This document shows, piece by piece, positions 38,823 to 53,354 of a stretch of DNA of 64,000 bases. This stretch comes from Octopus vulgaris. Taxonomy: Eukaryota. The translations under genes were made by a program, and so were the position numbers. Within the stretch, counting starts at the first letter, position 1. Each line of letters begins with the position of its first letter. The notes beneath the pieces are model-generated. The model ran no database searches. It saw only the letters and a program-made list of their open reading frames with translations, and had not been told where the DNA came from. The DNA lies in the NCBI GenBank assembly GCA_951406725.2, contig OX597818.1:103230001-103294000 (forward strand). Reading direction: 5' to 3'.

Positions 38823-39486
38823 ATATATAAATTCATACAAATTTAAAGTTAAAACTATAAAGGTGCGATAAAGTCTTCACTAAGCGCAGACAATGTAAAC
38901 CTAATCTCATATCACCATAGTTCATAGTAAAATAAAAGAAAATTTCAGTTAACACCAAACGTTTCACTACACTTTCGTCAATACACTCTCATCTCGCAAC
39001 AGTCAGGGAGAAAATTCCTACGAAAAACATAAGAGGTAAAATATTTCATTAGAAAGAAGAGAAAAAAAAATCAAAGTCAATAGACGAACATCTCCCATCG
39101 TCTGGAGTGAAGACATAAAAGGTGATAATTTAATAATAACCAGTCGAGCAGTGAAGTTATTTTTATTCCAATTGAAGAAGCTCCGGCAAGTTTTGTTTAT
39201 ATTCTTCGTTTTATTTGAAGTCGCTTTTAAAAGTTCTCTTATATTTATATTTTTTAATCATTTCTTTCTATTTGTAGTGGTACGTGATGGTTTTCTTTGC
39301 GTGTTTTGTATTATTATTTGCCGTTCTTTCCTTTACATTATATTTTGCTCTCATATACTAATAGATAATGGTTTTTAAACAATTGTTTTAATTGCTTTGC
39401 CTAATATTAAACTAACATTTTTTACAGTGTCGGCTTCTTTAACATTGAATATGAATTAGATAAAGTATCCGTCTAAATTGACTCCT

Positions 39487-39520
<34 letters not shown>

Positions 39521-40569
39521 TTTTCTTTTTTCACTGTGAGAAGTTTGTTGGCCTATCGATTATTTCAGAGGCAATGAATATCTCTTAAAATAGAAGTCTG
39601 TACAATGATGTTACACTTTAACAATTATATTGTGCGTTGCTAATATTAATGCTACAACTATTATTTCGAAACTATTATGAAGAAAAAAATCTTCCTTCTC
39701 GATATCTTCCACCTTTTCTTCCTTCTGCTCTTCCTCCACTTCCTCTTATGACCAATTGCAGTTGATTTTTTGATGAGATGATGTGAAATGCTATGCCATA
39801 TATTCTTTGCTGAATACCGGAAGTGATGTGAAATGCCGATAACCCCAGATCAAAACTGCTTCAAAAGTGGGTGTTAATCTGTACATTGTGGTAACTACCT
39901 CCGAATCAACGAATGTTAAAGTACCGTAAATTCATAGAAGGAAAAAATTAAATTATCTGACATTCAGTGATATTTCAAAAGCTACTCTAACAGTTAGTGC
40001 ACCGAAGCATCTATTTTCTTCGGAAGTCTCTCTTTTTCCGAATATTTATCGTTCAGCGTATAATAGACAAAATCCAGTTTTTAAAATATGGTTATTTTCA
40101 GTTTTGTTTATGTATATTTTAGCAAAGAGCAAGATAGGTTTAGGAATTTAAATATGTTAATTGCTTATGTGTTTGGTTAGATACACAGCACATATGTTAG
40201 AAGAAATAAAATAACAAACAAAGTATTTCCGCAAAAATTAAATACTGCCCTAACAGATTTGGAAAGATTTTTTTTTTGTCTGATTCTACTTAACAACATC
40301 CCAAATTACACAAGTCTTATCAGTTAGCATTGAATGATTCACATTGTATTAACACGTGCAAGTCTATATGCGCGCGCATGGATGCATGCATGCATACATG
40401 TATTCATCTATCTATCTATATCTATCTATCTTTATCTCTTCCTTCTTCTTTCCATATGTAGGTACACACGTACACACACACACACATATATATATATACT
40501 TATATACACATACGTATACATACTCCTACACACAGATATACACACAAATACATATATATATAATACATG

Positions 40570-40607
<38 letters not shown>

Positions 40608-40628
40608 AATCTATGTATACATACATAG

Positions 40629-40673
<45 letters not shown>

Positions 40674-41238
40674 TGTGTGTATGTGTATGTGTTTATATGT
40701 GTACACTTATACATACACACACACACATATAAATATATATTTATATATATACACTTACATATACTAATACATATATATATATATATAAATAATGTTGCAT
40801 GCCCCTGAAAAGTGCCAAACCGCCTTTGAAAATTTGTGTATTATGACTCTCTTGTACCAACGAATCATTCGATCATGTCTAACCACGAATTTCTATCCCC
40901 TGTGGATTCTTGTTAAACCTTTCCGACACCAAATGACCTGACTAAATTCTCTTTAATCTACACGCTTTTAATTTACATGTAAGCTAGGTTGTGTCTCCGT
41001 GCACCACCACACAGTAATCTATTTTCCATGCTATGACTCTGAACGGCTCACATTTCTATGCCGATACTACTATCTTTTATTATTTCCATTTAACATAGGT
41101 ACGAAATGAGATTTTGGAAAGATCTTCCACTAGGGTAATGTTGTTTTATTAACTGAACAACGATACAAAGGCGTTATTGTAAATGTCACAAGCTAAACAT
41201 GACCACTGCGTAACTAGTCCCATTACTATATCTCCAGA

Positions 41239-41655
41239 GGGCGGCAAGCTGGCAGAATTGTTAGCACGCCGGGCGAAATGCTTAGCAGTATTTCGTCTTC
41301 CGCTACGTTCTGAGTTCAAATTCCGCCTTTCATCCTTTCGGGGTCGATTAAATAAGTACCAGTTACGCACTGGGGTCGATATAATCGACTTAATCCGTTT
41401 GTCTGTCCTTGTTTGTCCTCTCTGTGTTTAGCCCTTTGTGGGTAGTAAAGAAATAGGTATTTCGTCTGCCGTTACGTTCTGAGTACAAGAGAGTCTGAGT
41501 TCAAATTCCGCCGAGGTCGACTTTTCTTTTGACACTTTCGGGGTCGAATAAATAAGTACCAGTTGCACACTGGGTCGATATAATCGACTTAATCCCTTTG
41601 TCTGTCCTTGTTTGCCCCTCTATGTTTAAGCCCCTGTGGTCAGTAAAGAAACAAA
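41239..41655 (+). mobile_element. SINE family B, dimeric body
   Basis: Head followed by two body units. Confidence 0.88.
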
Positions 41656-42549
41656 CAATTACTATATATCTCCAGATGCTCCCTCGAAATATGACTATGA
41701 AACATAAGAACAGCAGCCACTAAAAGACTACTTTTCCGCTTCTGAGCGAGAAAATATTCCATTCCCTTTCATGTACATCAACATAGCTCACATGAGACCT
41801 AGAATGTTGTAGTGCTCAAACGAATAGCAGATACTGTTGCTTCTCTGACATCTTAGGAGATATCCAACAAACTGACATCCATCTGATTCGCATGAAATTA
41901 ACTCACTGACAATCAACATCCTCTGCTCTACAGAAACGCTTCTTGCTTTCTGTTATCACTTCTAATGTTACGCACAGTGGTTTTTTTTCTTTTCAGGGCT
42001 TATCGATTTCCTTTCAACTCGAATTTGGCAAACCCGAAAGAATCGTGTCTCTTCCTCTTGTAAGCCATATTGCATCTTCGAATTTCTTTCAATAAGAATG
42101 CTGGAATACAGTAATTTCTTTATTCGCCAGAAGGGCCAAAAATTATAATGCAAAATATACTATGTAAAGATGTTGAAAAGATGGTAGAATGCATAATGAA
42201 CGAATTGTTGCTAAGTAAATGCAATACATTAAAACAGAGTGTCTGAAACTTTTTGGGCCACCGCCCCACTCATGGCCCCTATTTTTATGTATAAATAAAT
42301 ATTTTATTACGTTTATATATTCGTTTTGCAAGATTCTTGATGTGAAAACGTGTGTTGAAGCAGATATTGTTGTATTTAGGAGCGGTCATGTTGCCAGTTT
42401 AGCCATGATGATGATGATAATGATGCATGCATGCAGTGTTTATGTAAAAATATATCAAGTAAACGACCACTAGATTGTCTCTGGCTAATTTGAGCAATCA
42501 AAAACCGTATACACCCGCTAGAATTACATGATAAAGATGTATTTACACA

Positions 42550-42885
42550 GGGGAATATGCAAGCGTTGTGTATTCAAGAAAAGTTATAATTTGTATGACC
42601 ATTAGTCATACATGGTCACCGATGACAGTTATATCATTACTCTCTGGAATATGTTGGTCTACTCTAACAAAGAGCCACAATGGAAACTGATATTGTTGTC
42701 AGGAAAAAAATAGAGCACGTGATTTATAGTTATCTATATTGCTTTACCTTTCGAAAGGAACAACCCCATGAAGGCCAACAGAAGTTGAACTAATACAAAG
42801 TCATGAGGGTCGAAATCTACAGGATGCTGAATATGAAAACCGAAATATTACCTGTGGTCAATAAAGCACCAGGAATGGTAAAGAT
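42550..42885 (+). mobile_element. Fossil R4/Dong-type endonuclease fragment
   Basis: ICKRCVF...YDH...ITLWNMLVYSNK.../TDIVV...IALPFE.../YKVMRVEIYRMLNMKTEILPVV..APGMVK. Confidence 0.6.
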
Positions 42886-42894
42886 ATTTTCTAT

Positions 42895-43295
42895 TCATTG
42901 TTCTACTCTAGGCATAAGACCCGACATATTAGGGGAGGTGCCCAGTCGATTAGATCGACTTCAGTACGCAACTGGTACTTAATTTATCGACCCCGAAAGG
43001 ATGAAAGGCAAAGTCGACCTCGGTGGAATTTGAACTCAGAACATAGAGACAGACGACATACATATTTCTATTTCTTTATTACCCACAAGGGGCTATACAC
43101 AGAGAGGACAAACAAGGACAGACAAACGGATTAAGTCGATTATATCGACTCCAGTGCGTAACTGGTACTTATTTAATCGACCCCGAAAGGATGAAAGGCA
43201 AAGTCGACCTCGGTGGAATTTGAACTCAGAACGTAGAGACAGACGACATACGTTAAGCATTTTTCCCGGCGTGCCAACGTTCCTGCCAGCTCTTT
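42895..43295 (-). mobile_element. SINE family B
   Basis: Reverse complement, two body units. Confidence 0.88.
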
Positions 43296-43576
43296 GCATT
43301 AAGAAATGGTAACGTTCACCAAACGCATGAAGGACAGTATCAGTATCTCCGCAGACCTGAGATTCATGTGCTACAGAAAATTCTATAAATTAAATTATCG
43401 TTATACCTATAATGATTCAGGCCCAGAGACAGGCCCTGGCCCTAAGGTGAAAGAGATAAAGTGCAAAAGGAGTAACGACAACAAAAATGATTCAGATAAT
43501 TGTGTTAATATTAATAATACTACAGAAAATAACGCTAATAACTATAATAATAAAGATAATAGGTATAAGGCAATCT

Positions 43577-43790
43577 ATATATTCAATTTGATTTGTATGT
43601 TGTGTTTACATCTAGTTTAATTTATATGTTCTGTTTATATACAATTGAACGTGTATGTTGTGTATATACAATTTAATTTGTATGTTGTGTTTATATCCAA
43701 TTTAATTTATACGTAGTGTTTGTATTTAATTTATCTTGTATGCTGTGTTTTATATCCAATTTAACTTGTATCTTGTATGTTGTATTGTGT
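43577..43790. repeat. Degenerate ~29-bp minisatellite (about 7 units)
   Basis: Unit approximately tatatccaatttaatttgtatgttgtgtt. Confidence 0.7.
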
Positions 43791-44489
43791 TAGAACATAT
43801 ACTATTATGCTTTCTACTTTGAGAGGATGTTTTACTTGGATACGTGGTGCATAAAAACACTTGTGTTCATACCATCGTCAACGATATAATACCACGTTAA
43901 GTTAGATATAAAAATTGCCTTTTGGTACCAATACTGCTGCTGCTGCTATCAATTGTTTTTTTTTTTATTATTATTTAATAAACCAGTTGACTGTTTGCAA
44001 CATCAGTGCCTAAAATTCAATATATCGTTGGCGGTGAGATTCGGCTGTTATATCGCTGGCGGATGTATGACACAAAGGAGCGCAGCACGGCGATATTAAG
44101 TGATCTAGCAGTACCAACGGTCGTAGCTGACAATTCTATCAAAGATATAAATATGCAACACAATTCATTGTGAGAGTTCCTCTCAAGGTAGATAACAGTG
44201 TTCTGTGTTCTGACACAACATCCATGCTAAGTTTGGTATGAAGATTGTCGTTTGGTGTTAATATTGTTTCTGTCACTATTTATCATTTTGAAGACGGTAG
44301 TTTCTAATTCAAGTACAAAGTGGCAACTTTCAGTTCCTCCAATCCAAGTACTTTGTTACTAATTCCTTTTCACAGACTTAAAAGTATGAAAGTCAATGTA
44401 AAAGTAAGAATGTAAAGAGCTGGAAGAAATGTCGTTAGATATTTTGTCGAACCTGGGAAGGATTCTGCCAGTTCGCCGCCCTTTTAACA

Positions 44490-45570
44490 AAATAACTAGG
44501 AGATAGTACTTCCCTCTCCACCCTCACTTTCTTTTGCAAGTGGAACTTGAAAAATTGATGAGGTCCCGAGCGAAAAGGAACCTGTCGTTCCTCACTCCTT
44601 TCAGCTTCAACAACTGCGCAGTCTCTTTCGACATAGACACTACAGAAGAGAACACCGCCTGCACTGTATTGGTAAAGGTGGGTATTTAGGCGATTTTTCT
44701 GATGGATTTCGCCGAATGTCACATCGTTTTAAAGAGGACAACAGCTGTTCGATATATCCGACACTGCTCGAATGCTTACCGTACGATTTCATTTTTCTGT
44801 GTGCATCTCGGACAGTTCTGTCTAGCAGCGTTTCCGTCCTTCTAGAGGTTATGTCGGATCGGCAGAGTCCCTCGGAGCACTGATAGCCGAAGGATTTCTG
44901 GAAGTTATCCATGGTAGATCCGATCCCGAAAATGCTCAGAAACAGACCAGTTAATTCCTGATTGACGACGCCTGGAGTTTGCTCGAGAATGTCATCGCAC
45001 TAATTAATTTGTCTATATAGCTAACGTAGAACCTCTGCCAACCGCATTGCCCGACTAGTTGAGGGTGGTGAACGTCTGACACCATTCCATATCTCGGGTG
45101 CCCAACCCTGGTGTTTTCTTGACTCAGAACGGCAGCTCTGTCAAAAGAATGAGTTACAGAGCTCACACTGGTTCACCGTGCAAGAAATAGTATTAGCGGG
45201 GTATCCACAACGTGTAACTACGCATCAACAACCATAGAAGTCCAGACAGTCCTTCCAGAGGGTACAGGCAACTGATAGTCCCCCTAGCTAGTGAAACGCG
45301 TCCTTTCTGCCGGAAGCGGAAATGTAAGCGCTCCAGTCTTGTCAAATGTTGACTGAGACATGGCACAATGATCAGACAGTAAGTTAATACGGATGGGGTG
45401 GAGATGTAAGTATTCGCCACCTCTGCTCGACCTACCTTTCAGAAATAACTTCCTCTCAGCCCACTTCTGTGAGATACTGGCCATCTTGCTTTTATGCTCG
45501 TCTCATCTCTTGTCCACTTGGAGGTCTGGGTCAAACCACACTCAGAGTAACTTTACAGGTTCGTTTCTGC
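44490..45570 (-). mobile_element. Probable old LINE remnant (GC-richer, stop-riddled)
   Basis: Abrupt GC rise; isolated APE-like motifs SYIDK and LSDHC; no continuous frame. Confidence 0.3.
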
Positions 45571-46740
45571 ATTGACTTAGTATGTTATTTGATGCCATAT
45601 AGTTACCTCTTCACATGCCAAATCTCAGCCTATCCACTTATTCGAATTTATTTTTGCTTTTTCCATTGCCTCGTACTTCTTTAAAATGGAATCGACTCCT
45701 TAGATTTTCGTGATGTGAAAATTATAGCTGTCCCGCATCCCAGTTAGAATGGGATGCTCCGTATTAGTTCTAGCTTCCTCAGCGAAGGCTTGAGCTGCAG
45801 AATCTATAGAAAAAATGCGAGAGAACACCTGCGACTGCTAGAACGCGCAACATGAAATATTTCCGTTAGGTGGCCATTTAGTTTCCGCGCTAAGCAAGAG
45901 CCAGTGTGCAATGCTGCTATCCAGCCACTGAAAATGGGACCGAAACCAACTGCATGCTATCCACTAATTCAAATCGTTTGCACGATATAAACTAAACTTA
46001 TAGGGAAATTTTGAAGGATGGGGCTACTCGATGGCAAGTTTGCATCCAACAGAGTGGATGACATGAAAACTATAATAATACCAAACCTCTAGATATGGTG
46101 AGGGAGTGAATGAAAATTTCGTCAGCCGTGACCTGACAAACAACAATATCTATACCATCAAGAAGATTGCACAATACAATAAGCTCACACAGTTGATTGA
46201 CTTTTATTAAGTGTCATTTATTCATATGTAACTCATGCTCATCATTTCGATCCAGAGTATATTATTAAAAAAAGAGGAATCAGAAAAATAAAAAATACTG
46301 TCCCTAACATACGAACATGTCCATCGATTTCAGGAGAGGGATCGGTCGATACCATCAACAACAGGATTTAACCAAACGTTTATTTTATCTACCACGGATG
46401 AATGAAAAGAAATGACAAGTCAATATGAGTAAGAACTGAAATCATTATATAAAGCCCTGAAACAGATTTTGCAAGAAATTTTTCTGCAATCTGATTGTTC
46501 GACGCCGAAATAACACGGGTTTCAAATTTTGGCTCAAGGTCGGCAGTTTCGGATAAGGGTGTAGGTTGATAACATAGGCCCCAGTTCTCCACTGTTACGT
46601 ATTTTACCGAACATGAAAAGCAAAGTTCACCCCTAAGGTATCTACAGTTGGAGCTTTAAGATATCTGAAGAAATACTACAAAGCTTTTTTTCCACAGCGC
46701 TAACGATGCTTCCAGCCTTCCTTCAAAATAATATTACATA

Positions 46741-47147
46741 TAGGCGTAGGAGTGGCTATATGGTAAGTAGCTTGCTTACCAAGCACATGGTTCCGGGTTC
46801 AGTCCCACTGCGTGACACCTTGGGCAAGTGTTTTCTACTATAACCTCGGGCCGACCAAAGCTTTGTGAGTCGATTTGGTAGACAGAAACAGAAAGAAACC
46901 CGTAGTATATATGCATACATGTATATGTATGTGTGTGTATATGTCTGTGTGTATCCCCCACCATCGCTTGACAACCGATGCTGGTATGTTTACGTCTCCG
47001 TAAGTTAGCGGTTTGGCAAAGAAGACCGATAGAATAGGTACTAGGCTTCCAAAGAATAAGTCTTGGGGTCGATTTGCTCGACTAAAGGCGGTGCTCCAGC
47101 ATGGCCGCAGTCAAAATGACTGAAACATGTAAAAGAGAAAGAGAGAA
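46741..47147 (+). mobile_element. SINE family A, full length
   Basis: Matches the 19501 copy. Confidence 0.9.
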
Positions 47148-47929
47148 ATGCCTTCTAGAATCCACAGCCTCGAAAATGGTAGATAATGTTAATATTTGAC
47201 ATAGATACGAACTTATTGACTCCCTGGGAAGATATATTATCGACTTTATTATATAACTGGTACACGGGTTATCGATCGAAAATATGGAAAGATATGATAC
47301 CAAAAAGAATTAATCGTGTGCTATTATCTGTAACTCGTCTCTGTTTGTTGTGGACTTGTGCCATTATGTACCGTCATAATTACCGTTAATTTTCGTGTTG
47401 GTGTTGTTGTTTTTGTCGTTGTTGCCAAGCGTAGTTATCTTTATAAATCACTAAGTTTAATGCTTATAATTATGAGAAGATGAATTACCGTCATAATTAA
47501 TAGCAATAACAACTTGTTTGGAAAGAAAGAAAGAAAGAAAAAAAGAGAGAGAAAAAAAAAGAAATAATATTATGAAACAACATTAACTAAATCAAAATAT
47601 AATTCCTGGAAGAATAAAACCGAAACGCTGTGAACAAATCGATGATGATGATGATGATGATGATAATGATGATGCAGACACCTAACATGTGTGGGACGGT
47701 CGTGATGATGACGGCAACTACTTTATCGGTTATGATAAAGACAACGTGCTCGATGGCGGAGATGACGGTGGCGACTACGACAACGACGGCGACGAAGATT
47801 ATGAAGACGGCGACAACGAGAAGGACGACGAAGGATGATGCTAGTGATAATGGCGATCAGTTGATGATAGTCATCGTGAAGACGATTTTGTTTTATCAAT
47901 TGTTGTTATCATTGTTGTTGTTTTTGATA

Positions 47930-48071
47930 TCATCATCATCATCATCATCATCATCATTATTATTATTGTTATTATTATTGTTGTTGTTGTTGTTGATGTC
48001 GTTACTATTATTATTATTATTATTATCACTATTATTATTATGATTATTATTATTGTTATTATTACTATTAC

Positions 48072-48110
<39 letters not shown>

Positions 48111-48161
48111 TGTTATTATTGTTACTATTATTATTATTATTATTACTGTTATTATTGTTAC

Positions 48162-48194
<33 letters not shown>

Positions 48195-48247
48195 TGTTAT
48201 TATTGTTACTATTATTATTATTATTATTATTATTATTACTGTTACTA

Positions 48248-48278
<31 letters not shown>

Positions 48279-48375
48279 TATTGTTGTTGTTATTATTATT
48301 ATTGTTGTTGTTATTATTATTATTATTGTTATTATTATTATTAATATTATTATTATTATTATTATTATTATGATC

Positions 48376-48409
<34 letters not shown>

Positions 48410-48420
48410 TTATCGTTATT
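47930..48420. repeat. Long (ATT)n-based compound microsatellite
   Basis: Direct inspection; periodic ACT/GTT variants. Confidence 0.95.
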
Positions 48421-48919
48421 ATCTACACAGAAAACAACAATGATAATACAATCATTGACAGCAGGAACAATAAGAAATTATTGATGTCATTTGATCAGAC
48501 ACACACACACACACAGAGACACGCACATGCACACACGCAAACCCATGCATATAGACACATGCATACACCCCCACACATACACACATACACACACGACATT
48601 TTACTGTTCATCGAACTCTGTTTTATCTCTTAGCGATACACCCCTTCCTTTTTCTCCCCGCCTTCCCTCTCAATCACACACTCTCTCCTTCTCTCCCGCT
48701 TTCTCCTCCGGAAAACAAACCGAGACGCACATTGATGATAGCAGTGAATGATGGGAAATTTTAATGACATATCAATCGTATTCTTGCAATCAGAAATTCT
48801 GGATACGGAATGTAGCATAACAACAATCGATGCCTCTTTTCTTCTATTTTTTCTACCTGTTTACGTTTTTTGCTTCATTTATTTTATTTATATTCTAATT
48901 ATTATTATTATTATTATTA

Positions 48920-49180
48920 CTCTTTACTCTCTCTTTTACTCTTTTACTTGTTTCAGTCATTTGACTGCGGCCATGCTGGAGCACCACCTTTTAGTACTTA
49001 TTCTATCGGTCTCTTTTTGCCGAACCGCTAAGTGACGGGGACCTAAACACACCAGCATCGGTTGTCAAGCAATGCTAGGGGGACAAACACAGACACACAA
49101 ACACACGCATACATATATATACATATATACGACAGGCTTCTTTCAGTTTCCGTCTACTACTATTATTACTTGCCCAAGAT
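48920..49180 (-). mobile_element. Internally deleted SINE family A
   Basis: Tail and middle match family A. Confidence 0.8.
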
Positions 49181-49184
49181 TATT

Positions 49185-49214
49185 ATGTGGTTATTATTAT
49201 TACCCAGCCATTAC

Positions 49215-49262
<48 letters not shown>

Positions 49263-49348
49263 AATTACTATTATTATTATTATTATTATTATCATTATTC
49301 CTATTCTTCTTATTATTATTATCATTACTATTACTACTATTATTACTA

Positions 49349-49409
<61 letters not shown>

Positions 49410-49715
49410 TATTATTATTATTATTATTACAATTACTATTATTATTAGTATTATTATTATTATCATTACTATTATTATTATTATTATTATTCCTATTCTA
49501 TTATTATTATTATTATTCCTATTATTATCATTACAATTACTACTATTATTACTAATATTATTATTATTATTACAATTATCATTATCGTTATTATTATTAT
49601 TATTATTATTATTACAATTACTATTATTATTATTATCATCATTACTATTATTATTATTATTATCATTATTATTATTATAATTATTATTGTTATTATTATT
49701 ATTATTATTATTGTT
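49185..49715. repeat. Long (ATT)n compound microsatellite
   Basis: Direct inspection. Confidence 0.95.
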
Positions 49716-50179
49716 GTCGTGGCCCATGCCACCATTATCTTATTTTGTCCGTAGTTTTTATGGCTGTTAAAAAATTGTTTTTGTCTATTCCTTTTGACAT
49801 TTATATTTTATCAAATATTTTGTTTCCCTCTGTATTGTTTTTCCCTCTGTGTTGTTTTTCTATTTTCCCATTTTTTTCATTCGTTGGATAAGACGGATCT
49901 ATTAATTGAAATACGATTCTGCATTGGACAAAACGATTGCAGGAGAACAAGCTTGAATGCAATTAGTAATACTTATCAAACGAAAGACTGCAGTTTGCCG
50001 ATACGCCAGAGGTGTTCATCGGCTCTCAAGGAACGTATACTGAAACGATGTTGGTGTTGTTTATTCCGTTGATGGCGGCGATGGTTAAAAGTTTTGGTTG
50101 TACTTGTAGTGTGGAAGGTTATGATTGTAGTATTGTGCTAAACTACTGTGGTTGCTACTATGCTGATGTTGCTGCCGCT

Positions 50180-50425
50180 GTTGATGATGATGATGATGAT
50201 GATGAAGAGGGGGGAGAAGAAGAAATAGGAGGAGGAGGAGGGGGAGCAGAAAGTGGAGGAGAAGGAGGAGTAGGACGACGACGACGATGACGATGATGAA
50301 GATAGTGCTGATGACGATGATAATGATGATGAGGATGAGGAGGAGTATGATCATGATTACGACCACGATCACGACGATGACGACGACGACGGTGACGACG
50401 ATGGTGATGATGTTGATGATGATGG
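50180..50425. repeat. (GAT/GAC/GGA)n low-complexity tract
   Basis: Direct inspection. Confidence 0.85.
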
Positions 50426-50627
50426 TAAGCAAGAGTTGGTAAAGGGAGATAAGTAGGTATATTGACAGCTATGATCATGAAGATCGTCGTGGGAGATTAC
50501 ACTGCGTAGTAGACGTGAGTGGTTGTGACCAGCTATCGAGAGTTGCCGACAATGAAGAGGCAAAGATAGCGTTGTGGAAAACGAAATTGGAAGACAACAC
50601 TTACGACGGCAATGGTGTTTACACAAT

Positions 50628-51320
50628 TACTCTTTTACTCTTGTTTCAGTCATTTGACAGTGGCCATGCTGGAGCACTGCCTTTTAGTCAAGCAAATCGA
50701 CCCCAGGACTAATTCTTTGTAAGCCTAGTACATATTCTATCAGTTTCTTTGACGACACCGCTAAGCTACTGGAACGTAAACACACCAGCATCGTTTGTCA
50801 AGCGATGTTGTGAGGGGGGGACAAACACAGACACACAAACGTATACTCACATATACATATGCATATACATATATACGAGGGGCTTTTTTCAGTTTCTGTC
50901 TATCAAATGCACTCATAGGGCTCTGGTCGGCCAGAGGCTATAGTAGAAGACACTTACCCAAGGTGCCACGCAGTGGGACTGAACCCAGAACCATGTGGTT
51001 GGTAAGCAAGCTGCATACCACACATCCACTCCTGCGCACTCCTATGTAAACATACCAGCATCGGTTGTCAAGCGATGTTGGGGGGACAAACACAGACAAA
51101 GAAACACACTCACACACATACACACACACATATACATATATATATATACATATATACGACGGGCTTTTTTCAGTTTCCGCCTACCAAATCCACTCACAAG
51201 GCTTTGGTCGGCCCGAGGCTATAGTACAAGACAGTTTTACATAGTGCCACGCATTGGGGCTAAACCTGGATCCATGTGACTGGTAAGCAAGCTACTTACA
51301 ATATAGCCAGTCCTACGCCT
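50628..51320 (-). mobile_element. Two tandem SINE family A copies
   Basis: Heads near 51038 and 51320. Confidence 0.85.
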
Positions 51321-51487
51321 TTGACAAAAATCAAGAAAGACTATGATAACGACGAAAATTACAGGTATTGTGGGGAAAGTGTCGAGCATTTCAGTCGCCG
51401 CTTATTCCTATTTCCAATAACAAACACAACAACGACGACGATGAAGAGGACAACGATGAAGATGGCGACGACAATGATCCTTTCCTC

Positions 51488-51518
<31 letters not shown>

Positions 51519-51524
51519 TGTTCA

Positions 51525-51883
51525 GCAAAAGGTCTTCTTCCCAGAGCTCGCAAGATGGGAGAAGTCCGAAACATGGCCCTTTGCTATTCGTAAGACCCGC
51601 AGAAGAGAAAGCAGGTCAACCCCCGACACCGGGAGCATCGACGGATGGATGAATGCGCATCCAGGCTCAGCGGTTGCGTAGGAGGTCGGGGACAAGAAAC
51701 AGGAAGAAAGAGTGAGAGAAAGTTGTAGCGAAAGAGTACAACAGAGGTCATCACCACCCGCTGCCGGGGTCTCGTGGGGTATTAGGTGTCTTCGCTCAAT
51801 AAACACACACAACGGCCGGTCTGGAATTCGAAACCGCGATCCTCCGACTGCGAGTCCGCTGCCCTAACCATTGGGCCATTGCG
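51525..51883 (-). mobile_element. SINE family C
   Basis: Reverse complement of the 23543 copy; (CAG/CAA) tail. Confidence 0.88.
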
Positions 51884-52078
51884 GACAAACAAGGACAAAC
51901 AAACGGATTAAGTCGATTATATCGACCCCAGTGCGTAACTGGTACTTAATTTATCGACCCTAAAAGGATGAAAGGCAAAGTCGACCTCGGCGGAATTTGA
52001 ACCCAGAACGTAACGGCAGACGAAATACGGCTACGCATTTCGACCGGCGTGCTAACGTTTCTGCAAGCTCGCCGCCTT
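51883..52078 (-). mobile_element. SINE family B 5' part abutting the family C head
   Basis: Family B head and body, truncated at the junction. Confidence 0.85.
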
Positions 52079-52863
52079 GTTCATTTTTTTGTACGAAAAT
52101 CCATTCTCTAGTTTTTTTCTATAGCTTTTGTCTTCAATTCTTAATGTCTCCTTCTGTCTATGTTTGTTTGTTTCTGTGCATATACAGAAGTGTGAATGTG
52201 CGTACATTTGTCTAAGTGTGTGTGTATATATGCATGAGAATGTGCTTGCGTGTGTATTCATATATATATATATATATATATATATACGTTTGTGTGTGTT
52301 AGTGTTTGTGAGAGAATGTGTGTGTAGTTTTTAAAGGTCATTATACCAATAAAAGTACATTCACTGTTTAAGTTTTACTTCTTCCTTTTAATCCTGAATT
52401 AATATATTATTTGACTGATCCATTCATTGGACTGTCAATTTCATTCGTCAGTGTTTTTCCGTTTCTTACTTATCTCTGTCGACAAAGCATTTGCGGTTAA
52501 GTGAAATATTTTATATCATCGCCAAAACAAGCTCTATCCTTTACTCGCAGCTGGCACTTCTAAATATTGCGAAGCTTACTGTCAACTGATTCCAATTCGA
52601 TAACTGATGAAGATTAATCAATGTACGTATCGGTTGCTTTTTCTTTCCGCTGGGGCAGGTGATGAATACATCACTTCAATTGAAAATGTTATTGTTTTAG
52701 CTACATGCAGTTATTGTCATTGAGCAGACCGTCTCTTTTTGCCTTTAGCATTTACACTGACTAAACTAGGCCAAAGCATTCTAAATGCGTTGTGTCTAAA
52801 CTGGCAAGAGCTGTCATTTCACACATACCCCACATTGAAATTTTTTGTCTAAACTAAGAGATA

Positions 52864-53146
52864 ATATTCTATTGTGTCTGGGGAGAGTTATTTTCTTTTT
52901 GTACCTTATTATGTAACACACTCACCGGTAACATTTCCACATATTTCATATTTTTATTTTCCTAAAACTTTCGTTGCGTCTTGCAACCTTTTCAATAGTT
53001 TTGAGAGTCAAAACTTGAAAAGGTTGCAAGACGCCACGAATATTTTAAGAAAATTAAAATAAGAAATAAGTTGAAATTTTACCGGTAAGTGTATTACATA
53101 ATAAGATACAAAAAGAAAATGACTCTCCCCAGACACAATAGAATAT
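52864..53146. mobile_element. 283-bp fold-back element with HHR-like core in each arm
   Basis: Arms of about 138 bp; minus strand 52961-52998 reads CTA-TTGAAAA-G-GTTGC(AAGAC)GCAAC-GAAA-GTTTTAGG. Confidence 0.85.
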
Positions 53147-53354
53147 ATTTCAACACACGAACTCATATAACGAATCTTGCAAACCACATCCAAAAACGAA
53201 ATAAGAGATAATAAATAATTCAAAACATTGTGAATAAATAAGTGTATCTTTTGACAAAGTAATCTGTATTCTAATGGGCCAGCTGCGAAAGAGAAAAAAA
53301 AATAGTGGCTACCTATTGAGAAAACATTCGCCAATCACAGCCTCAGTTAATATG

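Noticed and set aside
47630-49735. Long poly-I/L/Y/N ORFs
   Set aside because: Stop-free frames of (ATT)n microsatellites; no protein signal
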